Origin: Deltaproteobacteria bacterium
GTDB lineage: Bacteria > Myxococcota > JACRCW01
Length of the DNA: 38,825 nt
Direction of reading: 5' to 3'
Assembly (NCBI GenBank): GCA_016218805.1
Contig: JACRCW010000140.1
Location: 1-38,825, forward strand
Positions within the stretch are counted from its first letter, which is position 1. Every line of letters starts with the position of its first letter. The notes beneath the pieces were generated by a model. That model was given only the letters and a program-made list of their open reading frames with translations, ran no database searches and had not been told where the DNA came from. Positions 21,901 through 30,194 of this stretch are shown here, one piece after another. Made by a program: the position numbers and the translations under genes.

Positions 21901-22238
21901 AGCAGGAACAGCGCGGGGAACATCTCCGCAAAGTTGTCATGCCCGCGCTGGCCGTTCTCATCCCCCATGGCCACGGGGCGCTGCAGGTCCGCATCAATCA
22001 GCCCGCCGCCAAACACGCCAAACCCGCGGCTGTACCCGGGCTTTTGGATGACAAAACGCGCCTCACCGTTTTCCAGCAGGTAGTCCCCCACGTCCCCCAG
22101 CGTGTGCGGGCCGCCAATGAGGTCCTTGCGGCTCTCAATGACGCGGCTGCGCGCGCGCTGCCCCGACGAGGGCGCACACGTCAGCGCGCCGGACAGCAGG
22201 AGCAGGAGGCTGGTGAGGCGGGCCGCGCGGGACTTCAT
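18990..22238 (-). CDS. CehA/McbA-family (PHP-like) metallohydrolase lipoprotein with beta-sandwich domains
   Basis: Lipobox ALT-C; DFHVHS..S.DS, STDHN, GLELTTLEMGHFNGFP, VNHPR, ANSDSH, GYPRSYV, TNGPF, ALTNPVFVDVDG. Confidence 0.85.
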   Translation of the reverse strand: MKSRAARLTSLLLLLSGALTCAPSSGQRARSRVIESRKDLIGGPHTLGDVGDYLLENGEARFVIQKPGYSRGFGVFGGGLIDADLQRPVAMGDENGQRGHDNFAEMFPALFLLAMEPEDVTINGEDLPAMEARPGPSGSAEVVVRGRSNDFLALTDTLNNALVVDSGQDVGAFFFFETTYRLPPTGRTVEISTRIINPADAPAPIQLIGKSPPGFGDIKLDIPLGDVVLFGAGNKVFAPGDGGFDLRYRLEQHYAENTQLPALPGIIVDYLASVNEWVSYGVFAPLAQRESPTAPHPNFVMDKADKYPGRARNGALLVPFTASSFTGVFHSQGPKKLRAGEEFTATRYFTVGNGDVASVAEEVFRLRATPHGTLAGRVLDTVTRAPVKGAWVIALDAEGQPICQATTREGGAFSMPLTPGSWRVLVKADGRDISVPQSIDVATGGYTGVDLLAQPTGHLSVVVRDEKGAPLPSKVTLVGSYAADQSGRDPKQFLFNLSIGEEWRNTDMVPDTSNAATRRFVEEVLFTAHGAVSATVRPGTYEVHVSRGIEYDTHVQTVTITPGGSAEVSAVLARTVDTSGYTSADFHVHSVKSIDSSCAEEPRVISYAAEGVDVMVSTDHNYVMDFAPVVARLGLTEWLQSFVGLELTTLEMGHFNGFPLRYEVGPATHGSFEWSSKTPDELFAALRGLGLLGADRTIVQVNHPRDTILGYLNNFGWNQDTGVAEGQNNLLFGVNPEQYPNFAKENFSLDFDAWEVFNGKHFEFVHNYRVPDPLPPPPLPTDITIPPPGSVLRDGSGDIAFPGAVDDWFQLLRLGNLQTGIANSDSHKPVFDEAGYPRSYVRSARDVPARFTADEMVDGIRSHDVLMTNGPFVTVAVEGVGMGGLVPAAAGTVRVSGEVRMASWIHPHEVIVYEGGDVVSRLTIPADTRVFPYQFDVPVTRDTFINVEVDGGDSLFPVVTTADEPSLLINDAIKAIGGSFGLGADPWGNLKPKLTFPVHPYALTNPVFVDVDGNGAYDPPGLRQGGQQGLVTGPRLLVGDVPVSSVGPVQGPIRLWDLINRPVPGQANDIRRVFQAFSRHDF

Positions 22239-22294
22239 GGGACGCTCCGGGAACGCTTGGGGGACGCCGAGTGTAGTCCGCCCCGCGCGGCAGG

Positions 22295-23311
22295 TCAGGC
22301 GCCCGGACGTTCGCGCGCGCGTTCGGGGCCGGGGCCCTGGCCGGCCCGGGGAACCTCCTCCAGGAAGCCCGCGGCATCGCGCCATACGCCCCAGGACAGG
22401 CCCAGCGCGCTGACGTGGCCGGCCTCATAGACGCGGAAGCGCGCGCCCCAGGCGGCCGCCAGCCGCTGGCTGCTCTCCAGCGGGACCATGACGTCATGCC
22501 GCGCGGCCAACACCTGGATGCGCTCTCCCGGCACCGCGGGCGCAAAGTTGGACGGCGAAAACGGGCGGGACAGGTGCCGCAGGAAGTGCTCGTCCGGGAT
22601 GGAGCCGCCGTTGGCCAGCAGCAGCCGGCGGTAGCGTTCACCAATGGGACTCTTGAGGAAGGTGTCCAGGATGGAGTCCGGCGGCACCACCAGGCACACG
22701 CGCTCCGGGACAAACGCACGCCGCGGGTAGCGCCCGGAGACCACCGTGGTCATGGCGGACAGGTAGCCGCCCAGGCTGGTGCCCAGCAGCGCCACCGGTC
22801 CGCGCGACTGCAGGCTCTCAATGAGCGCGCACAGCTCCAGCACGGCCGCGCGCACCGCCCAGCCCGTGCGCGGCATGTCCCAGGTGGCAAACAGTTCACC
22901 GGAGAACGCGCCCGGCGGTGTGCGTTCAAAGTGGTACGGCGTGGAGTAGCCCGCCACGTCAAAGCCCAGGGCGTTGAGCACCCGCGCCACCGGCCACAAT
23001 GACGCCCACACCGTGAACTTCCACGGCGGTGCCAGCACCACCGCGCCCCGCCGGGGGCCGCGCGCGGGCCAGAAATGGATGTACATGCGGTCGTTGGGCG
23101 CCTCCAGGAAGCGCGTGGGCGCGGGCACCTCCAGCACGCACGCCTCGCGCGGCCACACCACGCCCAGGCGGTCCGGCTCGGGCAGGTCGTCACCCATGGG
23201 AATGTCAACGTTGACCTCCGGCGGCTCCACCCACTTGAGCGGGTTGTGGCGCACCAGGGCGGAGCTTGCGATGAACAGCCTGTCCAGGCCCAGGTGCAGG
23301 ATGCCAGCCAC
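22295..23311 (-). CDS. Alpha/beta-fold hydrolase (paralogue of 932-2047)
   Basis: GTSLGG, HDVMVP, AGH; shares HxERTxPGxxSGE with the first copy. GTG start at 23311 follows a GGAGG RBS; ATG at 23332 is an alternative. Confidence 0.8.
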   Translation of the reverse strand: MAGILHLGLDRLFIASSALVRHNPLKWVEPPEVNVDIPMGDDLPEPDRLGVVWPREACVLEVPAPTRFLEAPNDRMYIHFWPARGPRRGAVVLAPPWKFTVWASLWPVARVLNALGFDVAGYSTPYHFERTPPGAFSGELFATWDMPRTGWAVRAAVLELCALIESLQSRGPVALLGTSLGGYLSAMTTVVSGRYPRRAFVPERVCLVVPPDSILDTFLKSPIGERYRRLLLANGGSIPDEHFLRHLSRPFSPSNFAPAVPGERIQVLAARHDVMVPLESSQRLAAAWGARFRVYEAGHVSALGLSWGVWRDAAGFLEEVPRAGQGPGPERARERPGA

Positions 23312-23408
23312 GGTGCGCGCCTCCGTCTGCATGGTAGTGCGCGGCAGGCCCAGAAGCCCGCGGATCCGCAGGGGAATCCGTGTGGTGACAGGTGCGAGCG
23401 CGCCCGCC

Positions 23409-24296
23409 TCAGCGCAGACCGGGGATCGGTGTCGACGGGGGACGCTTGTCACGACGCGCGGCGGCGGCCTCAACCGTGTTCTGCAGCAGGTACGCAATGG
23501 TCATGGGGCCGACGCCGCCCGGCACGGGCGTGATCCAGGAAGCGCGTGCGGCCGCGGAGGCGTAGTGCACGTCCCCGCGCAGTTTTCCGTCATCACCGCG
23601 GTTGATGCCCACGTCCATGACGGCGGCGCCTTCGCGCAGCCAGGCGCCCTGGATGAACTCCGGCTTGCCTATGGCCGCAATGACAATGTCCGCGCGGCCC
23701 ACGTGTCCGGGCAGGTCCGCGGTCCGGGAGTGGCACGTGGTGACGGTGGCGTTGGCGCCCATCAGCAGCAGCCCCATGGGCTTGCCCACCAGCAGGCTGC
23801 GCCCGACGACGACTGCGTGCTTGCCGGCGACCTTCACGTCGCATTCAGCCAGCAGGCGCATCACGCCGGCGGGCGTGCACGGCACCAGCGCGGGCTCGCT
23901 GCGCAGCAGGCGCCCTGCCTGCACAAACGTGAACCCGTCCACGTCCTTCTCCGGCGGGAGGCAGTCCACCACCGCGCGCTGGTCCACCTGCGCGGGCAGC
24001 GGGAACTGCACCAGCAACCCGTCCACGCTGTCGTCATGCGCCAGCGCGCGCACCGCCTTGACCACGTCCGCGGTGTGCGCGTCCTTGGGCAGCTTGACCT
24101 CGCGCGCCTCCATGCCCACTTCCTGGGCGGCTTTGCTCTTGTTACGCACGTACACCACGCTGGCGGGGTCTTCGCCCACCAGCACCACCGCCAGGCACGG
24201 CTGCACGCCGCGGGCGCGCAAACCGTCCACGCGGACCTTCACCTCGCCACGCACCTTTGCTGACACCGCCTTGCCGTCCACCACGCGCGCCGCCAT
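23409..24296 (-). CDS. folD: Bifunctional methylenetetrahydrofolate dehydrogenase/cyclohydrolase
   Basis: DGK, LVGEDPASVVYVRNK, KDVDGF, PCTPAG, GRSLLVGKP, DVGINR, TPVPGGVGPMT. Confidence 0.96.
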   Translation of the reverse strand: MAARVVDGKAVSAKVRGEVKVRVDGLRARGVQPCLAVVLVGEDPASVVYVRNKSKAAQEVGMEAREVKLPKDAHTADVVKAVRALAHDDSVDGLLVQFPLPAQVDQRAVVDCLPPEKDVDGFTFVQAGRLLRSEPALVPCTPAGVMRLLAECDVKVAGKHAVVVGRSLLVGKPMGLLLMGANATVTTCHSRTADLPGHVGRADIVIAAIGKPEFIQGAWLREGAAVMDVGINRGDDGKLRGDVHYASAAARASWITPVPGGVGPMTIAYLLQNTVEAAAARRDKRPPSTPIPGLR

Positions 24297-24445
24297 CTGC
24301 CCTCCGCGTGCGTGCATGTGTCACGTCGTCGTGACTGCCGCACCACACCGTCCGTGCCGTTCCACCACACGTCCCGTGACCCTTTTGTCACGCGTCCGCG
24401 CTCCGGATCCGGCCGCCACGTCGTCGCCGCGAATATGGGACTGCG

Positions 24446-24461
24446 TGGCACGTCCGATGCT
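24446..24461 (+). promoter_or_regulatory. Sigma-54 (-24/-12) promoter
   Basis: TGGCACGTCCGATGCT is near-consensus TGGCACG-N4-(T/A)TGC, 31 nt upstream of the ATG at 24493. Confidence 0.7.
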
Positions 24462-24492
24462 TCCCGGATAGCAGCACAAAAGGGGCCCGGTC

Positions 24493-24936
24493 ATGCGCCA
24501 CAACCTTCCCACCTTCCTCCTGGCAGCGGCGACAGCAGCGGCAGCGGTCTTCCCGTTGGACGCGGCGGCCGCCCCACGGAACGCCACGCCCCTGTTCACC
24601 AAGGGCCACGGCCCGCAGCGCCCCATGGAACTTCTGTCTGACGTGGCGCTGGAAGTCAGCCCCGCGCTGGGGCGCACGGGCGCGCTGGAGGCGCTGCGCA
24701 AGCAGGCGCTGGAAATGGGTGCGGACGCGGTGATTGACGTCGTGGTGCAGCCGGTGAAGGTCACTTTTCCGGTGGGCATGATCACGGGCCTGCCCATGGT
24801 GGTGATGGGCGGCCTGCTCAGCCTGGCCACGTTGAGCCCGGACCCGGTGGCCAAGGTGGCCCAGCAGGAACTGCAGCAGGGTCTCACGCGCGAAGTGCTG
24901 CTGGTCCGCGGCGTGCCGGTGAAGTTCCTGCGTTGA
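24493..24936 (+). CDS. Exported small protein with YbjQ/UPF0145-like motif
   Basis: Signal peptide; ALEALRKQALEMGADAVIDV resembles the YbjQ-family signature; an internal hydrophobic segment. Confidence 0.65.
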   Translation: MRHNLPTFLLAAATAAAAVFPLDAAAAPRNATPLFTKGHGPQRPMELLSDVALEVSPALGRTGALEALRKQALEMGADAVIDVVVQPVKVTFPVGMITGLPMVVMGGLLSLATLSPDPVAKVAQQELQQGLTREVLLVRGVPVKFLR

Positions 24937-24937
24937 G

Positions 24938-26497
24938 TCACACCAACGCCCGCACGGCCTTGCGGTCCACCTTCCCGCGGTCGTTCTTGGGCAGACCGTC
25001 CACAAACTTCACCCAGCGCGGATACTTGTAGGGCTGCAGCCGGTCCTTCACGTGCGCTTTGAGCGCGTCCGCCGTGGCGTCGTCCGGCGGGTGACCCGCC
25101 TTGAGGACAACAAACGCCAGCGGCTTGTCCAGCCCATCCGCGTCCGCCTTCCCCACCACGCAGCACCCGTCTACGGCGGCGTGGCCAAGCAGCGCGTTCT
25201 CCACTTCCAGCGGCGCCACCCAGCGCCCGCCCACCTTCAGCAGGTCATCCGCGCGCCCGTGGAACGTGTAGTACCCCTCGCCGTCGCGGCTGAACTTGTC
25301 CGCGGTGATGCAGGTGTCGCCGCGGAATACCTGGTAGCTCTTCTCGCGGTCGCGCCAATAGCAGAGGCCCACGCTCTTCCCGCTGATGTGCATGGTGCCG
25401 ATCTCGCCGTCCGGCACGTCGCGGCCGTCGTCGTCAACGATGCGGGCGCGGTAACCGTCCACAATGCGGCCCAGCGTCCCGGGGCGCACGTCCCCAGGGC
25501 GGTTGCTGATGTAGATGTGGAACATCTCCGCGCTGCCAATGCCGTCGTAGACCTCCACGCCGGTGCGCGCTTTCCAGCGCTCGTACAGCTCGCGCGGGAG
25601 CGCTTCCCCGGCGGAGAACATGAACCGCAGCGAGCGCAGCGCGTCCAGCACGCGCGGGTCCGCGTCCGCCTGCGCCAGGATGGCGGCCATCATGGTGGGC
25701 ACGGCGGTCAGCACGGTGGCGCGGTGACGTGCACACGCGGCCAGCACGCTCTCCGGGGTGGACCGCTCCGGGAACAGCGCCGCAGTGGCGCCCACCGCCA
25801 GCGGGAACATCAGGTTGGTCCCCGTGGCATAGCCGAAGAACAACTTGGGCACGCTCACCGTGACGTCGTCCGGGCGCAGGCCAATGGTCCCCTTGGCGAA
25901 CACCTCCGTGTTGAAGATGTAATCCCCCGCGCGGTGCACCACCGCGCGCGGCAGCCCGGTGGAACCGGAGGTGAACAACCAGATGGCCGGGTCATCCGCG
26001 TGCACGGGTGCGGGCGTGGCCAGCGGTTCCGCGCGCGCCAGCGCGTCTTCCATGCGGTCAAACGTGGACGAGGCTGGCGCGCCGCTGGTGAGGATGACCA
26101 CGTGTTGCAGGTCTGCGGGCAGCGCCTGCAGCACGGGGGTGAGCGCGTGGTCCGCCACCACCGCGCGTGCCCCGGTGTAGCGGACGTAATGGACCACGTC
26201 CTCCGGCTTCACGTCGGGGTTCACCATGGCCACCACGGCGCCCAGCCGCAGCGTGCCAAAGAACGCCGCGGCAAAGTGGATGCCGTCGCGCAGCAGGAAC
26301 AGCACGCGCTGGTCCGGCGTGATGCCGCGTTCGCCCAGCGCGCCGGCGCAGCGCGCGGCCAGTTCCTCCAACTCCGCGTAGGTCCACGCGCCCGCCGCGG
26401 TGACCACCGCCGGGTGCGCACCGCGTCCCGCGGCGATCCGTGACGTCAGAAAGTACTGGCAGAGGTTGGACTGCTCCGGGAACTTCACGTCCGGCAT
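24938..26497 (-). CDS. Benzoate-CoA ligase family AMP-forming acyl-CoA ligase
   Basis: WLFTSGSTGLPR, KLFFGYATG, SAGEALP, DGIGSAEMFHIYISN, GRADDLLKVGGRWVAPLEVE, YKYPRW, GKVDR. Confidence 0.9.
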   Translation of the reverse strand: MPDVKFPEQSNLCQYFLTSRIAAGRGAHPAVVTAAGAWTYAELEELAARCAGALGERGITPDQRVLFLLRDGIHFAAAFFGTLRLGAVVAMVNPDVKPEDVVHYVRYTGARAVVADHALTPVLQALPADLQHVVILTSGAPASSTFDRMEDALARAEPLATPAPVHADDPAIWLFTSGSTGLPRAVVHRAGDYIFNTEVFAKGTIGLRPDDVTVSVPKLFFGYATGTNLMFPLAVGATAALFPERSTPESVLAACARHRATVLTAVPTMMAAILAQADADPRVLDALRSLRFMFSAGEALPRELYERWKARTGVEVYDGIGSAEMFHIYISNRPGDVRPGTLGRIVDGYRARIVDDDGRDVPDGEIGTMHISGKSVGLCYWRDREKSYQVFRGDTCITADKFSRDGEGYYTFHGRADDLLKVGGRWVAPLEVENALLGHAAVDGCCVVGKADADGLDKPLAFVVLKAGHPPDDATADALKAHVKDRLQPYKYPRWVKFVDGLPKNDRGKVDRKAVRALV

Positions 26498-26518
26498 GTT
26501 CTTCCCCCGTCGAGAATG

Positions 26519-26899
26519 TCAGGGCGCCCACTTCGGCTTGGGAGGATACGGGATCAGGCTGCACTCGCGCTCGCAGTAGATGGGATAGACAAATGGCGGC
26601 GTGGGAGGCGTGGGAACCGGTCCGGGGAAGCGGCACACCGGGTAGGCCGGCCGCGAGCGCCACTCCGCGGCGCACTCCAACTGCTGCCCGTTCTCCTCCA
26701 ACTGCCGCACCCAGGCGCACAGCGTCGCCTTGCACTGCTCGCACTCGTCGTCGGTGGTGGGCGCCAGGCACTGGTCATCCGCGCCGCAGATCTGCCGGCG
26801 CAGCATGGCGCACGGCGGCAGGTCACCGGTGCTCTCCGGCAGCGGAGCGCACGCGGTAGCGAGCAACAGCGCGATCAGGACACGACGGGCTGTGGACAC
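26519..26899 (-). CDS. Small Cys-rich lipoprotein
   Basis: GTG start; lipobox ATA-C; about 10 Cys in the mature part; same strand and 21 bp from the ligase. Confidence 0.55.
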   Translation of the reverse strand: MSTARRVLIALLLATACAPLPESTGDLPPCAMLRRQICGADDQCLAPTTDDECEQCKATLCAWVRQLEENGQQLECAAEWRSRPAYPVCRFPGPVPTPPTPPFVYPIYCERECSLIPYPPKPKWAP

Positions 26900-26980
26900 G
26901 GGCGTCCTTCATAGAGCGACGGACCCGCGCGCGTCCACGGGGTGGGACAAGGTGCGCAGCCGGCATCCGCGGGCGTTTTC

Positions 26981-27009
26981 TTGGCGCCGCGTGGAACCAC
27001 CGTTAGGCT
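26981..27009 (+). promoter_or_regulatory. Candidate sigma-70-type promoter
   Basis: TTGGCG-N17-TAGGCT upstream of the PBP gene. Confidence 0.4.
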
Positions 27010-27051
27010 GCGCACAGACCTCTGCCAACACGGGAGCTGCGCCCTGGTGCC

Positions 27052-28413
27052 ATGACACGCCACCTGCCCCTTTCCCTCGCCATCGTTGCCGCCGGGTTTC
27101 TCGTCGGGCGGGGCGTGGCGCGCGCGCTGGACCTGGGCAACCCGCCGGATGCCGTCAGCGCCACCACCACGGTGGGCCTGCTGCCGGAGCCCGAGGAGGG
27201 CGCCGGCCAGCGTCACGAGGATGACGACGAACGCGAGGACCCCGCCACGGCCCCGCCCGCGGCCGCCGTGCCGCCTTCCGAGGACGCCTCTGACGAGGAG
27301 GATCTTGGTGGCGCCGTGACGCCCGCCCCCGCAGCACCCCGCAAGTTTGAGGTGGGCGTGGACCTCAAGGCTGCGCTGGATTCACTCCGGCGTGACGGGC
27401 GCGGGCTGTCCGCGCTGCGCGGTGGGCGGCCCCAGGCCACCACGCTGCAACCCGAGCTGCAGTCCGCCGCCGAGAACCTGCTCAGGGACTACCGCGTGCC
27501 CGCCGGCGCCATCGTCGCTATGGACCCGCGCACCGGGCAGGTGCTGGCCGCGGCCGGCTATTCCGACGACGGGTCGTTCGGGCGCGAACTGGCCGTGGTC
27601 CCGCTGGCGCCGGCTGCCAGCATCTTCAAGATTGTCACCGGCGCGGCGTTGCTGGAGAAGGGCGTGGCCGCCACGACGGAATCCTGCTTCTCCGGCGGCA
27701 AGCGCCGCGTCCGCGAGCGTGACCTCAAGAAGGAAGGCGGCCCGCGCTGCGTGTCCTTCTCCGAGGCCATGGCAAAGTCCGCCAACATCCCGTTTGCCCG
27801 CATGACGCGCGATCACCTGCAGCCGACGGACCTGCGCCGCTGGGCGTCCGCGTTTCTGTTCAACCGCGCGCTGCCCGGTGGCGTCCCCCCGTCCGCCGCG
27901 CGCATCCCCGACGTGGCGGACATGGACTTCTTCCGAACCGGCGCGGGCTTTGGTGACGTGCGCCTGAGCGCGCTGCACGGCGCGCTGCTGGCGGCCACCG
28001 TGGCCAACGGCGGCGTGATGCCCGCGCCCGTGTGGTTCAAGGACGAGCCCACCGCCAACCGCCGCCGCGTGATGGACGCCAACACCGCCGCCACCCTTGG
28101 CACCATGATGGAGCGCACCGTCACCGAGGGCACCGCGCGCCGCGCCTTCCGCGAGCGCCGCCGTCCCGCCCTGGGCGACATCCGCGTCGCCGGGAAGACC
28201 GGTTCGCTGGCGGAGCAGGCGCCGTTCCGGGACTACAGCTGGTTTGTGGGGTACGCGCCGGCGGACAACCCCACCGTGGTGGTCAGCACGTTTGTCATGA
28301 ACAACGCCGAGTGGCGCATCCGCGCGTCCTACGTGGGCCGCGAGATGCTGCGCGCGCAGCTGGTCAAGGGCCACCGGGTCTACCGGCCCGTGGAGGACGT
28401 CGCGCACCGTTGA
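27052..28413 (+). CDS. Penicillin-binding protein, transpeptidase domain
   Basis: GAIVAMDPRTGQVLA, SxxK (SIFK), SxN (SAN), KTG (GKTGS), YSWFVGYAP; N-terminal anchor plus acidic linker. Confidence 0.9.
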   Translation: MTRHLPLSLAIVAAGFLVGRGVARALDLGNPPDAVSATTTVGLLPEPEEGAGQRHEDDDEREDPATAPPAAAVPPSEDASDEEDLGGAVTPAPAAPRKFEVGVDLKAALDSLRRDGRGLSALRGGRPQATTLQPELQSAAENLLRDYRVPAGAIVAMDPRTGQVLAAAGYSDDGSFGRELAVVPLAPAASIFKIVTGAALLEKGVAATTESCFSGGKRRVRERDLKKEGGPRCVSFSEAMAKSANIPFARMTRDHLQPTDLRRWASAFLFNRALPGGVPPSAARIPDVADMDFFRTGAGFGDVRLSALHGALLAATVANGGVMPAPVWFKDEPTANRRRVMDANTAATLGTMMERTVTEGTARRAFRERRRPALGDIRVAGKTGSLAEQAPFRDYSWFVGYAPADNPTVVVSTFVMNNAEWRIRASYVGREMLRAQLVKGHRVYRPVEDVAHR

Positions 28414-28420
28414 GCCGCCT

Positions 28421-28445
28421 TAACCCCCGCCACCTGCGCGTCGTT
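28421..28445 (+). promoter_or_regulatory. Candidate ECF sigma promoter
   Basis: TAAC-N17-CGTT upstream of the Spy/CpxP-like gene. Confidence 0.4.
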
Positions 28446-28481
28446 CCATGTCCGTTGGGCGTGAACGAAAGGGGTTTGATC

Positions 28482-28916
28482 ATGCGGTGGCTCGGACAGG
28501 CGTTGATGTGGGGCATGGTGGTCACGGCGGTGCCGGTCACAGCGTTGGCCCGCGGTCCCGGCAAGATGCAGGAGCTCAAGGACAAGGTGGGCGTGGACGA
28601 CGCCACCGCGGGCAAGGTGCGTGAGATCTTTGACCGCAACCGCGAGGCCCGGCACGCGGCGCAGATCCGGCAGCGCAATGCGCGTGAGAAGGTGGAGTCC
28701 CTGGTGCGCGCCAACAGCACCGACGAGGGCGCCTACCGCTCCGCACTGGACGAGCTGCAATCCGCGCGCGAAGCGATGCTGGAACTGCGCAAGCAGCAGG
28801 TCTCACAGCTCAAGCAGGTGCTCAGCGCGTCCCAGCAGGCACGGCTGCTGGTGGCGCTGGAGCAGCGCAAGGGCCACCGGCGCGGTGGCCGTGACCGGGA
28901 CCGGGGCGACCGCTGA
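28482..28916 (+). CDS. Periplasmic Spy/CpxP/ZraP-like helical protein
   Basis: Signal peptide ending ALA; all-helical; LSASQQARL matches the LTxxQ-type motif. Confidence 0.75.
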   Translation: MRWLGQALMWGMVVTAVPVTALARGPGKMQELKDKVGVDDATAGKVREIFDRNREARHAAQIRQRNAREKVESLVRANSTDEGAYRSALDELQSAREAMLELRKQQVSQLKQVLSASQQARLLVALEQRKGHRRGGRDRDRGDR

Positions 28917-28918
28917 CC

Positions 28919-29665
28919 TCACAGCGACGCGGTGTCACCCGGCTTCAACACCTTCAGGCGTTTGTCGCCCTTGAACGCGGCCTCAACGTCCGCCTGCTGT
29001 GCCAGCGCGCCAAACGTCCCAAAGTGCATGGGCACGATCACGTCCGGCTGGAAGTACTTCTTCACCGCCAACGCCGCGGTGGCGGGGTCCTGCGTGAACG
29101 GCCCGCCGCCCACGTTCAGCAACAGCACGTTGGGCCGGTACAGTTCCTGGATCAGCGCCATGTCACCAAAGATCCACGTGTCACCGCAGTGGTACAGGCT
29201 CCGCCCGTCGGCAAACCGCAGGACGTAACCCACCGGGCGACCGTTGGGCTCACTGGAGTGCATGGCGGGCACCATGTGGATGGTCACGTCCCCCACCTTG
29301 AACGTCCCACCCACGTTGCCGCCCACCTTCTGCGCATCAGGGATCTGCAGCGCGCTCACGTATTCAAACGTGCCCACCACCTTGGCGCCGGTGGCCTTGG
29401 CAATCTCCACGGCGTCAGCCGCGTGGTCCGGGTGTGAATGCGTCACCAGGATGGCGGCCGGCTTGTACTTGGACAGGTCCTTGCGCCCGGCCGGCGTGGC
29501 CGGGTTGTCCTTGATGAACGGGTCCAGCAGCAGCGTGGTGCCGCCGGACGACGTCACTTCAAACGCGGCGTGACCCAGCCAGGTGACCTTGATGTCCTTC
29601 TTGTCAGCGGCCAGCGCCCCCGACGACGACAACGCGAAAGCCAGCAGCAGTGCGACGCGCTTCAC
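28919..29665 (-). CDS. Metallo-beta-lactamase-fold hydrolase (UPF0173-like) with signal peptide
   Basis: TWLGHAAF, LDPF, THSHPDH, HSS, HCGDT, PMHFGTF; GGAGG RBS with GTG start. Confidence 0.88.
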   Translation of the reverse strand: MKRVALLLAFALSSSGALAADKKDIKVTWLGHAAFEVTSSGGTTLLLDPFIKDNPATPAGRKDLSKYKPAAILVTHSHPDHAADAVEIAKATGAKVVGTFEYVSALQIPDAQKVGGNVGGTFKVGDVTIHMVPAMHSSEPNGRPVGYVLRFADGRSLYHCGDTWIFGDMALIQELYRPNVLLLNVGGGPFTQDPATAALAVKKYFQPDVIVPMHFGTFGALAQQADVEAAFKGDKRLKVLKPGDTASL

Positions 29666-29716
29666 GGTTCCTCCGGTTGAAAGGGTGGCCGGAGGTAACG
29701 AAGTGCCCGCGGCGTG

Positions 29717-30193
29717 TCAGGGCCCCTTGGCGGTGGGCACCAGGCGCGCGGCAATGGGCTTGAGCAGCGCGTACGCAATCACCGCGACGGGCGGCGTCAG
29801 GACGAGCCACGCGACGACCGCACGCGCCATCGTCTCGCCGAATTCGCGCAGCGTGCCCACCGGATCCGCCTGCAGCATTTCCGCAAGCTGCGTGACGGAG
29901 AACGGCAGCGGCTCAACGCCAAACAACCATTCCCCGGCGCGTACGTACGGCAGGAACAACAGGAACTGCAGCGGGTAGACCCCCACGTTGCCGATCTGGA
30001 TGGCCACCTGGTTGAGCCGAAACACCAGCGCGATCACCCCGCACATCACCGTGGACACCCACGGCACCGGGATGATGCCCAGGGCGCCCCCCAACACGAC
30101 GGAGAACGCCAGGCGCCCCGGCGTGAGGCCCTGGCGCAACAGCGCGACCATGGGGCGATAGACCCGGGTCCGGAACGCGTCCCGCAGATCCAT
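29717..30193 (-). CDS. DUF2062-family membrane protein
   Basis: LLRQGLTPGRLAFSVVLG..GIIP..FRLNQVAIQ..YPLQFLL pattern. Confidence 0.75.
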   Translation of the reverse strand: MDLRDAFRTRVYRPMVALLRQGLTPGRLAFSVVLGGALGIIPVPWVSTVMCGVIALVFRLNQVAIQIGNVGVYPLQFLLFLPYVRAGEWLFGVEPLPFSVTQLAEMLQADPVGTLREFGETMARAVVAWLVLTPPVAVIAYALLKPIAARLVPTAKGP

Positions 30194-30194
30194 G

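Noticed and set aside
24320..24400. ZMP/ZTP or THF riboswitch upstream of folD
   Set aside because: GTCGTGACTG resembles the ZTP 5' motif, but it is on the wrong strand for folD and the downstream conserved elements are missing. An Rfam cmscan would settle it.
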